Source: Macrostomum lignano
Taxonomy: Eukaryota
Direction: 5' to 3'
DNA length: 64,000 bases
Assembly: GCA_002269645.1 (NCBI GenBank)
Contig: NIVC01000508.1
Coordinates: 184,189-248,188 of the forward strand
Position 1 is the first letter of the stretch; each line of letters begins with the position of its first letter. Below are positions 60,847-64,000 of this stretch, one piece after another. The notes under the pieces were generated by a model. It ran no database searches. It was not told the origin of the DNA and was given only the letters and a program-made list of their open reading frames with translations. The translations under genes were made by a program, and so were the position numbers.

Positions 60847-62529
60847 TCATTCCGACCTACTTGTGCTAACAACAATTGGCTGACTGCTACGAGGGAAAAT
60901 CGTGAATGAAATGCCATGTCAGCTATTCTGCAACGAGTCTTTACTTTTGAGGCCGTCTCGTTGGTCTGATTTGAAAAAAGCTATTTTAAGTTTTTATCAT
61001 GCTTGGTATGCTTGATAAATTCTGTTCTAGGTTGCATTTTCTTTATCAAATAGGATTTTTTTTCGTCTCGATTTGAGTTAAATTAATTATTCTGATAAGT
61101 TTGATCAGCTGGTCAGCTTATCTATCGTATGCATGTCACATGCATATTGAAGTTTCGCATTTTGTTTTACTTTCAATGAACACGATATGGCTTTCGTTTT
61201 ATTTTCACTAAAATTTTATTTACATTTTTGTTTTTATTACGTTTGGACGAAAAAAGTACAAACGGTAAAATGAGAACTATTTTGATTTGAGAGAAGAAAA
61301 TATTTTGGTGTTTTTTGTTTATTCTTTTTTATATTCTTTTGCTTCTATCTGTTTTGTAGGTACTTATACTCATTGCGTTTCAGAAGCTTTAAATTTCATA
61401 TCATAAAGTATTTTATTCCTCTTGGTCACATCACAATTTAAATGAATTCGATAATTGGAATTTTCGAATTTTCAACACAATCCGTCTTGTTTTCACGGTG
61501 ACCGGTGACCCTGTTCCATTGATCTACGGGTATCTATTGCCATGTGGGCCTTCTTCATCAATTTAAAAAAGACGGTCGTATCCATTTCTTTAGATCACGT
61601 TAAAGTACTGTTTTAAAGCCCTCGTTTTGTGAGTAAAACTATCAATATAGGAACTTTTCTGCTAATTTAACTACAGTAACATTAGTTATAGCCTATCCTA
61701 ACTTCACCGTCTTCAAATATCTTATCATTCTGACACGAATCTGACACGAAAGGAACATATCCCTTAGGTCTAAATATAAAATTATGATTCTCAAATATAT
61801 TAGAGGATAACTATTTTAAAGAGACTATAGTGCTCTAGACTCCTACACTTTGCGTATCCTCATAATCTGATGCATTTTCGTTTCAGCCAATTCGATTAAA
61901 CTTCAAAACACTTTATTCAAAATGGGTGCCGGAGTCAAAGGTAAGTCTTGAATTTGACTTTGAAACTTGATTAGTAAATAATCTACTTTTCATTCGATTT
62001 TACAGGTATCATTCTACTGTCATTTTCCGCCTCGGTCGGTCTTACCTTTCTATTGTTGGCTTGCGCACTGCCTCAGTATGGGTGAGATTCGTTTGTTTAA
62101 CTAATTGATTGTACTTTTACTGCCAATCTTCATTGGACCTGCTTACGATTTTATGCGTATCCATTGAGTGTGAGATAGACAGTCAGACTGAGAAAATGCG
62201 TTTATTTTATTCAAAAAAAGCACTCGAGATTACGCAAACCAAAATTTACTGCTAGGATTTCTGTCTGTTTGTCAAACTGTCCATTTCATAGTCTATGGCT
62301 AAAATGTGCCAGACAGAACCAAACCAGGGTTATCGGGTTATCGGAGTAAAACCTGGATATATATATATCCGTAGTGTCCTAGACGATATGGAGGTTGAAA
62401 GGAAGGCTAAGGAGAGCACCGCCAAAATCGAATTCATTGCGTGTGCATAGCGAGCAAGTGAGTAAAGGGTGGCGTCTCAGCCCCCAGCAAGGCCGATAAA
62501 CAGTTAGGTTTTCCTTTTGCCTACTTGTT

Positions 62530-62990
62530 TCTGACTTTGACCTCTCTCCTTACTGCCCTCTCATTGGCTGAGCTAGATTTTGGCCTGCCCCCCTAGGGCG
62601 AGTTTCGTCAGTCTGACTTTGACCTCTCTCCTTACTGCCCTCTCATTGGCTGAGCTAGATTTTGGCCTGCCCCCTAGGCGAGTTCGTCAGTCTGACTTTG
62701 ACCTCTCTCCTTACTGCCCTCTCATTGGCTGAGCTAGATTTTGGCCTGCCCCCCTAGGGCGAGTTTCGTCAGTCTGACTTTGACCTCTCTCCTTACTGCC
62801 CTCTCATTGGCTGAGCTAGATTTAGGCCTGCCCCCCTAGGGCGAGTTTCGTCAGTTTGACTTTGACCTCTCTCCTTACTGCCCTCTCATTGGCTGAGCTA
62901 GATTTAGGCCTGCCCCCTAGGGCGAGTTTCGTCAGTTTGACTTTGACTTCTCTCCTACTGCTTTCTCATTGGCTGAGCTAGATGGCTGAG
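62530..62990. repeat. ~82-bp tandem repeat, about 5.5 copies
   Basis: Unit TCTGACTTTGACCTCTCTCCTTACTGCCCTCTCATTGGCTGAGCTAGATTTTGGCCTGCCCCCCTAGGGCGAGTTTCGTCAG. Confidence 0.93.
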
Positions 62991-63464
62991 TTTCGTCCCT
63001 CTTGCGTTCATTTGTCTATCGAGTTAAATGCTGGCCGTTCATTGCATTTCAAAACCCCTGTGGCCACAAACCCCCTATTGAGGAAAGTAAATTTTAGCTG
63101 CCACATTAAATTTATGAGGGGCACTGCGCAAACAACTACTGGAAGAAAAATAAAAAAGCTGTTACTCTGCTTTTTTCACTATTGTGAAATTGGTCTTGCT
63201 CTGCAGCTCCCGGATTTCGTCCGTTTTTGCTACGCTCGCATTCTTTTTCGCTGGGCCCTCCCCTCTTTCTACGTAACAACCGTATTTTATTAGTATATTC
63301 TACGTATTCTACGTATTAAGAGTTACTGGTGCTGTACGCGTGAAATAAAATTATCGATCGCCTTCTCTAACCACCGTTTCTCTCTACTGTGACTCCGCGA
63401 CCCTCTGTTATCTTAAATGCCCTAACTTGTTCTAATAAATACATCGTGCAGGGGCTTTTAATCT

Positions 63465-63595
63465 GGGTCTACGACGTTTGCCTGCTGGACGTTTGCCAGC
63501 CGACGTTTGCCAGCCGGACATTTGCCAGCGGACATTTGCAAGCCACGTTTGCCAGCCGACGTTTGCCAGCCGGACATTTGCAGTCGGCAGCTGGT
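63465..63595 (+). mobile_element. MULE-like terminal repeat array, one end only
   Basis: GGGTCTACGACGTTTGCC followed by tandem (A/G)CGTTTGCCAGCC and ACATTTGC motifs, similar in style to the 48780-49474 element ends. Confidence 0.5.
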
Positions 63596-64000
63596 TAAAG
63601 AATTATGTCGCCTGGGAGACCGCAATATTTCTCACCTCGGTCCTGGTGGTGTCGGCCTACGGCTTGCCATAGTGCTGGCCCACACTCCAATTGGTAAACC
63701 GGCTATCCAATGGGGCGCTTGCGCTCTCGTACTGTCCGGCAACGACAATGACCAACGAAGTCGTCAGAGCCGATCTAGGCACATGTGGTCGACGTCCTGA
63801 TGAAATTTGAAGGTTGGGCTAGCCCGCAATGAGGTGCAGTGCTGATTGTCGCACCGAGGTGCATTGAATACATTAGCGTTTACAAGAAAAATCCGACCTT
63901 CTGACAAGAATTGTTTTCGGCTGATGACTTGATTTTGTTTGAGAAAGTGCACAACAAAACGTTAGCCGGTGTTACTGAATGTCGTGTGCTTCCGTTGCTC

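Larger units (their letters stand above)
61922..63752 (+). pseudogene. LEPROTL1: Second LEPROT/Vps55 copy, broken
   Basis: Exons 1 (61922-61940) and 2 (62006-62081) match copy 1. Exon 3 survives only as 63607-63752: acceptor and about the first 97 nt lost, 1-nt deletion (GGCTTGCCATAG), about 45-nt internal deletion, 3' end missing. Confidence 0.88.

Noticed and set aside
62430-63450. Solo LTR
   Set aside because: AATAAA and promoter-like motifs exist, but I could not define TG..CA ends or a TSD.

Overview
AT-rich, repeat-dense animal genomic DNA with spliceosomal introns. No CRISPR, rRNA or bona fide tRNA genes were seen. GC-rich exons, minisatellite-filled introns and intronless orphan GPCRs resemble a free-living flatworm such as Macrostomum; that is an unverified inference. 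Gene order: three intronless class A GPCR paralogs (-), a divergent 3-exon PP1-like phosphatase (-), WDR13 (-), U2AF2/U2AF65 (-) head-to-head with SYVN1/HRD1 (+), DHRS1 (+), then a tandem duplication of [WASP-family gene + LEPROT/Vps55 gene] (+). In that duplication WASP copy A is split by a DNA transposon, copy B has two homopolymer frameshifts, and the second LEPROT is broken. The best hidden signal is at 8.96-11.1 kb and is not shown intact by the ORF track: an intron-containing Crypton-type tyrosine-recombinase relic whose middle appears replaced by a 50-bp copy of nearby hairpin DNA, set among repeated GCCATAGAC/GTCTATGGC termini. Other features are hAT, mariner and MULE-type non-autonomous elements, gene-conversion patches, a CpG-decayed domain at about 29.7-42.9 kb, and a possible trans-spliced operon. 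All exon models were built by hand from splice consensus and reading phase.
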